NCBI GenBank assembly: GCA_919901745.1
Contig: CAKKPP010000003.1
Coordinates: 138,840 to 202,839 of the forward strand
Source of the DNA: Chloroflexota bacterium
Lineage (GTDB): Bacteria; Chloroflexota; Limnocylindria; Limnocylindrales; CSP1-4
Direction of reading: 5' to 3'
DNA: 64,000 nt
The position numbers were made by a program, and so were the translations under genes. Positions 27,176 to 37,102 of the stretch are shown here, piece after piece (position 1 is the stretch's first letter; each line of letters opens with the position of its first letter). Below the pieces are notes generated by a model that was not told where the DNA came from, did not search any database, and worked only from the letters and a program-made list of their open reading frames with translations.

Positions 27176-27306
27176 CGCGCAGCCGATCGTACGCGAAGTG
27201 GAACCCGACGATCGGGCGGGTGGACCCGGGCGCTCGCCCCGGCTATCATCGCGTTGTTATCCAGCCTGCATAGACTTTATGCGACTAGCCAGGGAGTCGG
27301 ACCCGC

Positions 27307-28884
27307 GTGGATGCCAACGAAATCAAGGCCGCGGTCGCCCACCAGGCGGCGGTGAAGGCCGCCGACGAGCCGCCCTTCGTCAATCGCCGCGACCCGGCGC
27401 AGGCGCTCGGGCTGGACGGCAACCTCGCTGTCAGCCGCCGCGCGCCGCTGTGGGCGGATGTACCGGACGAGAAGTGGAACGACTGGCGCTGGCAGCTCTC
27501 CCATCGGGTCAACGATCTCGAGGAAATCGAGCAGATCCTCAACCTCACCGAAGAGGAACGGGAGGGCCTGTCGGCCCCTGACAAGTTCCGGGTCGACATC
27601 ACGCCGTACTTCATCAGCCTCATCGACCCCGACGACCCGAACGACCCCATCCGGCGGCAGGTCATTCCGATCGGCCGGGAACACCAGGCGTTCACCGCGA
27701 TGATGGAGGACTCGCTCGCCGAGGACCGCCATTCGCCGGTCCCCGGGCTCGTCCATCGCTACCCGGATCGGGTCCTGATGCTGGTCACGACCCAGTGCGC
27801 CAGCTATTGCCGGTATTGCACCCGCAGCCGGATCGTCGGCGACCCGACGCAGAACTTCAATCGCAAGGACCACGAGGCCCAGCTCGACTACCTGCGCCGC
27901 ACCCCGCAGGTGCGCGACGTGCTCATCTCGGGCGGCGACGGCCTGACGCTCGCGCCGAAGCTCTTCGAGAGCATCCTGCGCGGCCTCCGCGAGATCCCGC
28001 ACATCGAGATCATCCGGATCGGCTCGCGCGTGCCGGTGTTCCTGCCGCAGCGGATCGACGACGAGCTGTGCGCGATGCTCGAGAAGTACCACCCGCTGTG
28101 GATCAACCTCCACTTCAACCATCCGAACGAGATCACCCCCGAGGTGAGCCGGGCGGTCGACAAGTTGACGAAGGCGGGCCTCCCGGTCGGCAACCAGAGC
28201 GTGCTGCTCGCCGGCGTGAACGACTGCGTGCACATCCAGCGATCGCTCGTCCACAAGCTGGTCGAGAACCGGATCCGGCCGTACTACCTGTACCAGTGCG
28301 ACCTCGTCGAGGGGAGCGGCCACTTCCGGACGCCGGTCGGCAAGGGGCTCGAGATCATGGAGGGCCTGCGCGGCCACACATCGGGCTATGCGGTACCCAC
28401 GTATGTCATCGATGCGCCCGGCGGCGGCGGCAAGATCCCGGTCATGCCGAACTACCTGATCAGCTACTCGGATCACAAGGTGGTCCTGCGCAATTACGAG
28501 GGCTACATCACGACCTACGAGGAGCCCGAGACGTATGAGCGGCACGACTCCACGGCGTGCAGCTACTGCCGCGACGAGCGCCCCGAGCCCGGCCAGTCCG
28601 GCGTTCTTGGACTCCTTGAAGGGGAGCGGATGTGGATCGAGCCGAAGGGGTTCGAGGAGGTCCACAGCCGGGGCAACCTCGAGGCCCATCGCCTCCAGGA
28701 CCCATCCAAGTGGGTGCCGTTCGGGGTCGGCGCAATCGAGGGCAAGGCCGGAGCGCCATTGAAAGTGCTCGAGAGCGGCCCGTCGTTCGCCGATGCGGAG
28801 CCCGCGACCGATTACGCCCCCGGCGAGGAGCCCAGACCGCGCGACGGCGAGCCCACCGGTGCCGCCCACGGTGAGCTGCTCTAG
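27307..28884 (+). CDS. kamA: Lysine 2,3-aminomutase (KamA family radical-SAM enzyme)
   Basis: CASYCRYCTR radical-SAM motif, plus PLP/Zn-site context typical of KamA. 525 aa with a C-terminal extension of about 100 aa. Confidence 0.85.
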   Translation: MDANEIKAAVAHQAAVKAADEPPFVNRRDPAQALGLDGNLAVSRRAPLWADVPDEKWNDWRWQLSHRVNDLEEIEQILNLTEEEREGLSAPDKFRVDITPYFISLIDPDDPNDPIRRQVIPIGREHQAFTAMMEDSLAEDRHSPVPGLVHRYPDRVLMLVTTQCASYCRYCTRSRIVGDPTQNFNRKDHEAQLDYLRRTPQVRDVLISGGDGLTLAPKLFESILRGLREIPHIEIIRIGSRVPVFLPQRIDDELCAMLEKYHPLWINLHFNHPNEITPEVSRAVDKLTKAGLPVGNQSVLLAGVNDCVHIQRSLVHKLVENRIRPYYLYQCDLVEGSGHFRTPVGKGLEIMEGLRGHTSGYAVPTYVIDAPGGGGKIPVMPNYLISYSDHKVVLRNYEGYITTYEEPETYERHDSTACSYCRDERPEPGQSGVLGLLEGERMWIEPKGFEEVHSRGNLEAHRLQDPSKWVPFGVGAIEGKAGAPLKVLESGPSFADAEPATDYAPGEEPRPRDGEPTGAAHGELL

Positions 28885-29177
28885 CCCGCGTTGAGAAAGC
28901 CGCTCTGCAGAAAGGCGGCCATCAGGCCCGCGCTGACCGCCAGGATCAGGCCGGACGTCAGGAGCCCGACGATGATCCAGCGTCTGGCAGATCGAGCGCC
29001 GACGACTCGACCGGCCACGTAGATCCCGGGCAGGACGGCCACCGCAAGGCTGACGATTGGGTTGATCGGGCTGTTCACGAGCACTGGACCCGTTACGAAC
29101 ACGACAGCCGCCCAGACGCCCAGACCGACGAGCATCGCCGCCAACCATCTCGCCCTGCTCACGACCGGTTCCATCAC
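28881..29177 (-). CDS. Small membrane protein, hypothetical
   Basis: 98 aa, three hydrophobic helices. Confidence 0.4.
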   Translation of the reverse strand: MMEPVVSRARWLAAMLVGLGVWAAVVFVTGPVLVNSPINPIVSLAVAVLPGIYVAGRVVGARSARRWIIVGLLTSGLILAVSAGLMAAFLQSGFLNAG

Positions 29178-29216
29178 GATTGCCCTCCCTCCCTCATCCG
29201 GCTGTCGCCGCGAACC

Positions 29217-30773
29217 CTACGGGTCGAAGATCGTTCTCGAGTAGATCACGCTGCTGTCCGGGGCGATCGCAAGAATGGTCGCCGACGAGCCGCCGCCCGC
29301 CTCGGGTTCGATCGCCAAGGCATGGACGGTCCCGTCCGAGCCGACCACGACCGACCAGAATTCCGAGCCCGCGCGCCGCAGCTCGACCGGCCAGCCGGTA
29401 CGCGTTCGCCCATCCGGACCCACGGCGAGGAGGCGTCCGCCGACGGATTCGTTGCGAGCCTTCAGGGGCAGGTACAGGGTGCCGTCGGGGCCGACAGCGG
29501 GGACGGCGACCCACGGGCAGCTGATCCCGCCCTGACCGAGCCACGGGTCTGGCCGCTCGAGCGGTCCAGCGGCGATCGGCCAGCCCGGCATGACCTTGAG
29601 GGCCGAGTCGAGACCGTAGATCGCCTCGTCGAGATCGCTGAACACGATCATCGCGCCGTCCGGTGCCACGATCGGCGGCCGCGGGAGGGGCACGCCGCAC
29701 TCGAAGGCGCCGTCGCTGGCTGGCGGGAGCAGGCCGGTCATCACCGAAAGATCCGACGATCTCGCCGCGATTGCCCGTCCGGCACGATCGACAATGAACA
29801 CTCGGGTCGTGCCCGTTGTTCCGTACTGAACGGGGGCGGCGACCGTCAGAACGATCCGTCCGTCCGGGCCGAACGTGGGCGCGGACGCGATGCCGTCGAT
29901 CGAGATCGGCCAGCCGGGGCGCACGCCGGCGAGGTCGATCGCCGTGATCTCGCTCACCGCCGGGGAGGGTTCATGTGGCAGGACGCGATAGGCAACCCCG
30001 TCGGGACCGATGGCCCACCGATCCCAGGGCCAAGACTGGAGTCTTTGAGCCGGCGTCCCGCGCCGGACGCTGCCGTCGGCGGCAACGGTCACCAGTCCAA
30101 CGGTGTGGCTGGGCTGCCCGTCAAGGACTACGTCGCCGAGCGGAGTGGTCTCGGCGAGCGTCAGGACGTCGCCCACCACCCGGCCCGTGTAGGCGGTGCC
30201 TGGGAGCTGGATCGGCCAGCCGGGGAGTGGCTGCCCCGTCGAGTCGAATGCGAAGGCGGCGATCGGGTTGTACATGTTCCCGTCGGGGTTCTCCATCGTG
30301 CAGACGACCCGGACCGAGCGATCCTCGACCGGCAGCGGCAGCCCGCACACCGTCGCGCCGCGAATGAAGACCGGCCACCCCGGTAGCGGCGACCCGGCGC
30401 TGCGATCAATGCGCGACAGCACGGACCCACGGTCCCACCCAATGCCACCGGGTCGCGGGATCGAGACGAACAGGGTGCCGTTCGGGCCGGGAGCCATCCG
30501 GATATCCAGGCCGAGTTCCCTGGGGGACAGCGCGGGGAGCGGGAAGGCCGAAGGCGACAGCGTCGGAGCCGGGGAGGCCGACGGCGACCGCGTCGGTTCC
30601 GCGGTCGAGGGGCTCGTGGCTGCCTGCGTCCCCGATGGCGGAACGGTCGTCGGCGATGCATCGGTCGACTGTCCGGGGCTCGGGCTCAACGATGCGGCCG
30701 AAGTCGCACAGCCCGCGATGAGGGCCAGGCACATCACCGACGAGGGCAATGTTCGGAGCATGTTGGCCTCCAA
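29217..30773 (-). CDS. Secreted lipoprotein with repeated PGWP motifs (beta-propeller-like)
   Basis: Lipobox LIAGC, an S/P/T-rich linker, then five or more repeats each containing P-G-W-P (PLPGWPVFI, PLPGWPIQL, RPGWPISI, MPGWPIAAG, TGWPVEL). Confidence 0.65.
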   Translation of the reverse strand: MEANMLRTLPSSVMCLALIAGCATSAASLSPSPGQSTDASPTTVPPSGTQAATSPSTAEPTRSPSASPAPTLSPSAFPLPALSPRELGLDIRMAPGPNGTLFVSIPRPGGIGWDRGSVLSRIDRSAGSPLPGWPVFIRGATVCGLPLPVEDRSVRVVCTMENPDGNMYNPIAAFAFDSTGQPLPGWPIQLPGTAYTGRVVGDVLTLAETTPLGDVVLDGQPSHTVGLVTVAADGSVRRGTPAQRLQSWPWDRWAIGPDGVAYRVLPHEPSPAVSEITAIDLAGVRPGWPISIDGIASAPTFGPDGRIVLTVAAPVQYGTTGTTRVFIVDRAGRAIAARSSDLSVMTGLLPPASDGAFECGVPLPRPPIVAPDGAMIVFSDLDEAIYGLDSALKVMPGWPIAAGPLERPDPWLGQGGISCPWVAVPAVGPDGTLYLPLKARNESVGGRLLAVGPDGRTRTGWPVELRRAGSEFWSVVVGSDGTVHALAIEPEAGGGSSATILAIAPDSSVIYSRTIFDP

Positions 30774-30846
30774 CGGTACCCCTGAGACGCCATCGGTCCG
30801 ATCTTCGTGACGAGTCCGTGTCGTGCTGTCGTCGTAGGATGGGCGG

Positions 30847-32127
30847 ATGCCCGAGGCGTCCCGGATCCCGAGGATCTATTACGGCTGGGTCGTCGTCGCG
30901 ATCAGCGCCCTCGCGCTCCTCGTGACCGCCGGCGCGCGGATCGCCCCGGGCGCGTTCCTCCTCGACATGCAGACCGACACCGGCTGGTCCGTGGCCGTCC
31001 TGTCGTTCGCCGCCGCGGTCGGTCTCGTGGTCTTCGGGCTGGCGGGGCCGGTATCCGGGTCACTGATGGCCCGGATCGGCGTCCGGCGCGTCACCGTCGC
31101 CAGCCTCCTGATCGCCGCTCTCGCAATGGCGACGTCAAGCCTCGTCACGGAGGCCTGGCAGCTGGCCCTGCTGTTCGGCCTGTTGTCGGGGATCGGGACC
31201 GGGCTCATCGCGAGCATCCTCGCGGCGACCGTCGCGAACCGCTGGTTCGTTCGACGACGTGGCCTGGTCATCGGGATCCTCGGCGCCAGCACGAGCGCGG
31301 GTCAACTCATCTTCTTCCCGATCCTCGTGTCGGTGGCCACCGACATGGGCTGGCGGATCGCATCGGTGGCGATCGCCGGCGTGCTCGTCGTCGTGGCGAT
31401 CCCGGTCCTCGCACTCCTCCGGAACGATCCGTCGGACGTCGGGGCGCGCCCGCTCGGGGCCGCCGCCGACCAGGCTCCGATCTCGACACGCCCCGATCCG
31501 GGGATCATGCGCCGAGCCGTCCGCGCACCGGCGTTCTGGTTGCTCGCGGGGACCTTCTTCGTGTGCGGTGCCACATCGAACGGGCTCATCGGGCAGCACT
31601 TCGTCGTCCACGCCGCCGACCATGGGTTCAGTCCGGGGGCTGCGGCGGGAGCCCTGGCGGTCATGGGGGCGTTCAACTTCATCGGGACGCTCCTCTCAGG
31701 CTGGCTGACAGACCGCTTCGACCCGCGGCGCCTCCTGCTCATCTACTACGTCTTCCGTGGCGTCAGCCTCCTGTACCTCCCGGCGATCCACAGCACGCTC
31801 GACATCACCGCGTTCGCCGTCCTCTTCGGGCTCGACTACATCGCGACCGTCCCGCCGACGATCGCGCTCGCGGCCGACATCTTCGGGCGACGCAATGTCG
31901 GGATGGTCTACGGCTGGATCTTCGCTTCACACATGATCGGGGCCGCCGCCGCGGCCTTTCTGGCAGGGCTGGCACGCGACATCGTGGGCGACTACGGTTT
32001 TGCCATCGTGATCGCCGGCGTCATGGCGGTCGGCGCGGGGATCGTCGCGCTATCGATCCATCGCGGGCCGATCGGTGCGGGGGTCCCCATCGACATCGGC
32101 GGCGAGCGGCGGGCCGCGGCGTCGTAA
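30847..32127 (+). CDS. MFS transporter
   Basis: 12 TM helices; 426 aa. Confidence 0.85.
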   Translation: MPEASRIPRIYYGWVVVAISALALLVTAGARIAPGAFLLDMQTDTGWSVAVLSFAAAVGLVVFGLAGPVSGSLMARIGVRRVTVASLLIAALAMATSSLVTEAWQLALLFGLLSGIGTGLIASILAATVANRWFVRRRGLVIGILGASTSAGQLIFFPILVSVATDMGWRIASVAIAGVLVVVAIPVLALLRNDPSDVGARPLGAAADQAPISTRPDPGIMRRAVRAPAFWLLAGTFFVCGATSNGLIGQHFVVHAADHGFSPGAAAGALAVMGAFNFIGTLLSGWLTDRFDPRRLLLIYYVFRGVSLLYLPAIHSTLDITAFAVLFGLDYIATVPPTIALAADIFGRRNVGMVYGWIFASHMIGAAAAAFLAGLARDIVGDYGFAIVIAGVMAVGAGIVALSIHRGPIGAGVPIDIGGERRAAAS

Positions 32128-32136
32128 CAGCACCCG

Positions 32137-32195
32137 CGCGCATCCAGCCCCCGCGCATCCAGCCCCCGCGCATCCAGCCCCCGCGCGTACCAGCC
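32137..32195. repeat. 15-bp tandem repeat CGCGCATCCAGCCCC x3 plus partial
   Basis: Read directly; begins 10 nt after the MFS stop. Confidence 0.9.
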
Positions 32196-32491
32196 ATCCT
32201 TGTGATCCAGACGCGAATCAGCTCCTCGACCCGCGGCGCCCGCATCCACACGCGGCATGGGAGTGCGCCGAAGCGCGGGCAGCCGCATCGGTGCGACATC
32301 ACACCCATACCGAGTACGCGAGCGCCGCGGCCCAGTCGCAGGCGTCGAGCTGTGCTGCACGGAGGTTGCGCGGGACGCGGGCGAGGATCTCGAGCCGACC
32401 CACCGGCCTGAGCATTCTGGACCCCACTGGAATCCCGACCGGCACGGTGCTAGGCTCAGGCAGACGAAACCATCGACCGACCGGAGTGCAC

Positions 32492-32944
32492 GTGACCAGC
32501 GCCCTTCCAACCGCCGGCCTTGCCCCACTGCGAGCGACGCCGAGCGGTCTTCCCGAAGCGATCCATCGGCCACCGACCGTTGCCGAATCGGGTGATCCGT
32601 TCGCCGCGCACCGGATCGTCCACCTCGTGGCGCGCATCGAGCGCGGGCGCCCCGTCCGACTGGCCGACCTCGTCGATCGGCTCAATGCGACCCACCTCGA
32701 TTGGTTGTTCAGCGAGGCCGTCGTTGCCGATGCCATCGTCCAGCTCCAGTCGAACTGGATGACGGACTATCGAAACAGCGGAGGCGTCGTCGTCGAGGAC
32801 GGTCCGCTGGGGGCGACCGTCACCATCGAAGACTCGAGCCGGGTTGATCCCTGGATCGTGCGTCAGGCACTGCGGGCGGATGCCGAGTGTCGCGCGCGGC
32901 TATCCGAATTCAGTCTGCGCGACCGGCCAACGGGCGAGGGTTGA
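32492..32944 (+). CDS. Hypothetical protein (about 150 aa)
   Basis: GTG start preceded by GGAG. The track ORF (from 32075) is extended across the repeats. Confidence 0.4.
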   Translation: MTSALPTAGLAPLRATPSGLPEAIHRPPTVAESGDPFAAHRIVHLVARIERGRPVRLADLVDRLNATHLDWLFSEAVVADAIVQLQSNWMTDYRNSGGVVVEDGPLGATVTIEDSSRVDPWIVRQALRADAECRARLSEFSLRDRPTGEG

Positions 32945-33091
32945 TCGGGTCAGACGCTGAAGGAGCACATCCCGGAACCGGGTGGGACCAGCCGAGTCGG
33001 GCTCGGCATCATGGGGCGTCCGGCTTCCCCCCAGTCGGGCGCCCCGCCCTTTCGATGCCCGGGTGATGCGGTGGCCTATCATCGGGCGGTG

Positions 33092-34558
33092 ATGGCCTCG
33101 TCTCGTGCTGCGACCGCGGTCGTGCCTGCGAGCGTCGTCCTCGAACGTCTGCCCGACCTCGATGCCGTGCGTCCGATCGACGCCGCCGAGGCCTTCCGGG
33201 ATCTGCCCGGTCTCGTGCTCCTCGAGAGCGCCCGCCCGGGGCGCCACGGCCGTTGGAGCTACCTCTCGGCGGACCCGATTGCGATGCTCCATGAGCGGGC
33301 GGGCGATGGCGGATCTTCTCCGGCTGCCGGACCCTTCGAGGCGGCGCGCGAGATGCTTGCTCGAATGGATGGATCGGCCATCCAGGGCGGACCGCCGTTT
33401 CTTGGTGGGCTGATCGGCTACCTCGGCTACGACCTGGGTCGCCGCCTCGAGCGCCTTCCGAACCTGGCCCACGCCGACCAGGACCTGCCGGACCTGCAGC
33501 TTGGACTCCACGACTGGGTGCTTGCCTGGGATCGACGCGAGAGCCGTGCCTATCTGGCCGGCCGCGCCGTGGACGGCAGTGGACAGCGGCTGGCCATGCG
33601 ATTGGCGGACGTGCAAGCCAGGATCGCGGATCGATCGCGCAACGCCGCCGCGGCGCAGGATGGTGCATTGGCGCCGGATGGTGCGTTGGCGCCGGTGTCC
33701 CCTGACGAGATCGTCTTCACGTCGGGCCTCGATCGGACGGCGTTCGAACAGGGGGTCGAGGCGGTCCGCGATGCGATCGCCCGCGGCGAGATCTACCAGG
33801 CCAACCTGACGCGCCGTCTCGCCACTGCCTTCGACGACGATCCGTGGCCGCTGTTCCGACGCCTGCGCATGGGCGACCCGGCGTTGATGGCCGCGTACCT
33901 GGATCTCGGGCCGGACCCGACCGGCGGCGGGCCGCGGGCCATCCTCTCCGCATCTCCCGAGCCGTTCCTGACGGTCGACGCCGACGGCCGCGTGTCGACC
34001 GATCCAATCAAGGGGACCCGACCGCGCGGCCGAACCCGGGCCGAAGACCGGGCGCTGGCGCGCGAGCTCCTCGAGAGCGGCAAGGACCAGGCCGAGAACG
34101 TGATGATCGTCGACGTCCTGCGCAACGACCTCGGGCGCGTGTGCCGGCCCGGAACCGTGCGCGTGCCCCGCCTCTGCCGGCTCGAGCGAACCGCGGCCGT
34201 CCAGCACCTGGTGACCACGGTGACCGGTGAGCTGGCCGACGATCGCGATGTCTTCGACCTCCTCGCAGCGGCCTTCCCCGGCGGATCGATCACCGGCGCC
34301 CCCAAGATCCAGGCGATGGAGCTCATCGAGCGTCTCGAGCCGGTGCGGCGCGGTCCGTACACCGGGGCCGCCGGCTGGATCGGGCCCGACGGTGCCATGG
34401 CCACGAGCATCCTCATTCGGACCTTCGTCGCCGACGGTCGTCGACTGACGATTCACGTGGGTGGTGGGATCACCTGGCGCAGTGATCCGGCCGCCGAATG
34501 GGACGAGACCGTGGCGAAGGTCCGCGGGCCGCTCGCCGCGATCGGCGGGCGGGAGTGA
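33092..34558 (+). CDS. pabB: Aminodeoxychorismate synthase component I (PabB; anthranilate-synthase-I family)
   Basis: Chorismate-binding domain motifs (…PIKGTRPRG…, …GGSITGAPK…, …RGPYTGAAGW…). Followed by a pabC-like gene. Confidence 0.8.
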   Translation: MASSRAATAVVPASVVLERLPDLDAVRPIDAAEAFRDLPGLVLLESARPGRHGRWSYLSADPIAMLHERAGDGGSSPAAGPFEAAREMLARMDGSAIQGGPPFLGGLIGYLGYDLGRRLERLPNLAHADQDLPDLQLGLHDWVLAWDRRESRAYLAGRAVDGSGQRLAMRLADVQARIADRSRNAAAAQDGALAPDGALAPVSPDEIVFTSGLDRTAFEQGVEAVRDAIARGEIYQANLTRRLATAFDDDPWPLFRRLRMGDPALMAAYLDLGPDPTGGGPRAILSASPEPFLTVDADGRVSTDPIKGTRPRGRTRAEDRALARELLESGKDQAENVMIVDVLRNDLGRVCRPGTVRVPRLCRLERTAAVQHLVTTVTGELADDRDVFDLLAAAFPGGSITGAPKIQAMELIERLEPVRRGPYTGAAGWIGPDGAMATSILIRTFVADGRRLTIHVGGGITWRSDPAAEWDETVAKVRGPLAAIGGRE

Positions 34559-34576
34559 CCGGCGGGCGGGAGTGAC
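34543..34576. repeat. 17-bp tandem duplication CGGCGGGCGGGAGTGAC x2 spanning the pabB stop
   Basis: Read directly. Confidence 0.9.
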
Positions 34577-34618
34577 CGGCGCGCGCCAATCGCCCGGGCG
34601 GCACGGATAATCCTGCCC

Positions 34619-35509
34619 ATGGATCCGACACACATCTGGATCGGCGGGGTCGTCGTGCCCGCGGACGGCAACCATCTCTCGGCGTTCGATCGGGGGTTCC
34701 AGCTCGGCGATGGTGTGTTCGAAACGCTCCGTGCCCGCGGTGGGCATCCGACCGAGCTCGACGAGCACATCGTGCGGCTGCGCGGGTCGGCCGACGGCCT
34801 CGGGATCGACCTGCCGTCCGACATCGGTCCGGTGCTGACCCGCGCAATCGACGACCTGCTCGCCAGCGAGGGCCTCGCTGGCCCAGGGGGCGACGCGTCG
34901 CTGCGGATCACCGTGACCCGCGGCGCATTCCGCGGGCGTGGCCTCCTGCCCAGCGACGAGCACGTCCCGCCCACCGTGGTCGTCCAGGCATGGCCCGTGG
35001 CCCCGCCACCTCCGGGCCACCTGGAGCATGGCCTGCACCTCGTGACGTCATCGATCAGGCGGGACCCGGAGAACCCTCTTGCGGCCCTCAAGACCACGAG
35101 TCGCGCCGACTACGTCTACGCACGACTCGAGGCCCGGCGTGCCGGTGCCGACGACGCGCTCTTCCTGACCGTCGACGGCTTTCTGTCGGAAGCGACATCG
35201 GCAAACCTGTTCCTGGTCCGCGACGGCCGGCTCGCCACCCCTGCCCTGGCGTGCGCGATCCTGCCGGGAACCACGCGTTCGTGGATCATCCGCTGGGGTG
35301 CCTCCCTCGGCCTCGATCCGGAGGAAGGCTGGCTGGCGACCCGGGATCTTGCCGACGCAGCGGAGGCCTTCGTGTGCTCGAGCGTCGCCGGGATCCTGCC
35401 GGTGACGGTCTTCGATGGTCGACCCATTGGAGACGGCGTGCCCGGACCGTGGACCCGCCGTGCCCGCGCCGACCGCGAGGCGTTCATCGCCGGTGAGGCG
35501 AACGCGTGA
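34619..35509 (+). CDS. pabC: Aminodeoxychorismate lyase (PabC) / class IV aminotransferase fold
   Basis: Fold-type IV PLP enzyme pattern (…LFLTVDGFLSEATSANLFLV…, …ILPGTTR…). Adjacent to pabB. Confidence 0.7.
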   Translation: MDPTHIWIGGVVVPADGNHLSAFDRGFQLGDGVFETLRARGGHPTELDEHIVRLRGSADGLGIDLPSDIGPVLTRAIDDLLASEGLAGPGGDASLRITVTRGAFRGRGLLPSDEHVPPTVVVQAWPVAPPPPGHLEHGLHLVTSSIRRDPENPLAALKTTSRADYVYARLEARRAGADDALFLTVDGFLSEATSANLFLVRDGRLATPALACAILPGTTRSWIIRWGASLGLDPEEGWLATRDLADAAEAFVCSSVAGILPVTVFDGRPIGDGVPGPWTRRARADREAFIAGEANA

Positions 35510-35994
35510 CCCGCGACGAATACATCGTCGCCGCCCGTCAGCTCCTGGCGGAGGGCGATCGACTCCAGGCCAATCCATCGCTGGCCGCCCTCCAGGTCTG
35601 GCTCAAGCTGTCCGATGACACGCTGTCGGCGGCGTGGGGCGCCATGGATCGCTATCACCTCGCGTGGCTGACGGTGGGCAAGAGTCGGCAGATCGTGCGA
35701 GGCCGGCGGCTCACACCGGACGAAGAGCACGCCTACGTCCGCGAGGTCGCGAGCCAGAAAGCCTCAGTGGTCGCGATGAGCCTCGATGCCGTCGAGCGCC
35801 AGGGGATGCCGTTTGTCGGCGAGTCCGGGGGAGTCGCGCCCGGTCAGGGCATGGGCACGCTGCCGGAACTGTCCGATCGCCTCGCGGATGCGCGGCGGGC
35901 CGCCGCCGAGCACCGCGATCATCCCGACCGACCGGGTCCATCCGATGGTGAAGGTCCGCGACGTGCTCCCCGACCCGAGCGGATGGAGCGCTAG
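35506..35994 (+). CDS. Hypothetical protein
   Basis: GTG start overlapping the pabC stop (GTGA); 162 aa. Confidence 0.4.
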   Translation: MTRDEYIVAARQLLAEGDRLQANPSLAALQVWLKLSDDTLSAAWGAMDRYHLAWLTVGKSRQIVRGRRLTPDEEHAYVREVASQKASVVAMSLDAVERQGMPFVGESGGVAPGQGMGTLPELSDRLADARRAAAEHRDHPDRPGPSDGEGPRRAPRPERMER

Positions 35995-36000
35995 CCCGGT

Positions 36001-36525
36001 TCAGATCGACCTGACGAGCACCACCCGATCCTCGCGACCGAAGTCGTAGTCCGCGTACGCCGGGATGCCGTACAGGTTCTGCGTGCCGGGACCATCCTCG
36101 ACCGTGAACCCGATCGCTCGGTGGAAGCCCACCGAGCGCCGATTGCCGGGCCAGGTGATCGCCTTCACTCGACGAACGCCGCGCTCTCGCATGTCGGCGA
36201 AGAACCGCTCGTAGAGATCCCGCCCGATGCCCTGGCCTCGCCGGCTCGGATGGCTCGCGACCATGTGAACGTAGGCCTCATCGGCATGATCGGGGCTGAC
36301 GAAGCCGATGAGGAAGCCGACGAGGCGGCCGTCGGACTCCACGATCCACGAGGTCCCGGTGAAGTGTTGAAGCCACAGACGCGGCAGGAGGCCGTCCATG
36401 CGGCGATCCCCGCCCCACCAGTCATCGACGACCCGTACGATGGCAAGGTAGTCCGCCTCGCTCGGGCGGCGGAAGATCACCTCGCTCGAGGCGGCCGATG
36501 GGTCTGCCAACGGTCGGTCGGTCAC
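36001..36525 (-). CDS. GNAT family N-acetyltransferase
   Basis: Acetyl-CoA site RRGQGIGRDLYERF; 174 aa. Confidence 0.8.
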   Translation of the reverse strand: MTDRPLADPSAASSEVIFRRPSEADYLAIVRVVDDWWGGDRRMDGLLPRLWLQHFTGTSWIVESDGRLVGFLIGFVSPDHADEAYVHMVASHPSRRGQGIGRDLYERFFADMRERGVRRVKAITWPGNRRSVGFHRAIGFTVEDGPGTQNLYGIPAYADYDFGREDRVVLVRSI

Positions 36526-36899
36526 CGGGCCGCCAGAAGTGCCGCGATCGACCCAACCGCGATCTCGGCCGGCACGAGCGGGCCAAAGGTTTCGAGAAGG
36601 TACTCGATCGGGCCAAGGACGCCACCCTCGCTCAGGGCAAACGCCCAGGTCCCGAGGTTTCCCAGGACGACCATGTCGAGGGCCAGGAGTAGGGCGACGG
36701 TCACTCGCTTCGATCGCGCCGGGTCGTCGCTTGCCGCGCCGTGCAGCGCCCGCCCAACTGCGATCCCGCCAATACCGGCCACGGCCAGGAGGCCGGTCGT
36801 CTGTGAGAGAACGCCCCCGACGAGTACGAGGACTCCGGCCCCGATCAGCGACAGGATGGCCGCCACGGCGATGTCACGGGCGAGGGACTTCTGCGGAGG
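36522..36899 (-). CDS. Small membrane protein, hypothetical (start uncertain)
   Basis: Hydrophobic helices in the C-terminal 125 aa of track ORF 36522..37067; the stop overlaps the GNAT start. Confidence 0.35.
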   Translation of the reverse strand, partial: PPQKSLARDIAVAAILSLIGAGVLVLVGGVLSQTTGLLAVAGIGGIAVGRALHGAASDDPARSKRVTVALLLALDMVVLGNLGTWAFALSEGGVLGPIEYLLETFGPLVPAEIAVGSIAALLAAR

Positions 36900-37102
36900 G
36901 TCCGGCTCGACTCCGAGCCCGCGCCGTAGCGGGCCGACGGGGGAGTGGCCAATCGCCGGCCGCCAGGCGGAGCTTCGCCCGGCCCCTGGCCTCCAGATCG
37001 TGGCGTGCGATCGTCCATCGCCGGATCGTACATGCCCCGCTCCCCGCGTGGCATCGAGACCTGGCATGGCAGCGTGACGGAGCGCGCGCTAGACTGCCCG
37101 TC

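Noticed and set aside
27277-29148. 623-aa minus-strand ORF
   Set aside because: Antisense to the radical-SAM kamA gene (CASYCRYCTR on the plus strand).
32900-35038. 712-aa minus-strand ORF
   Set aside because: Antisense to pabB/pabC; Arg-rich; no domains.
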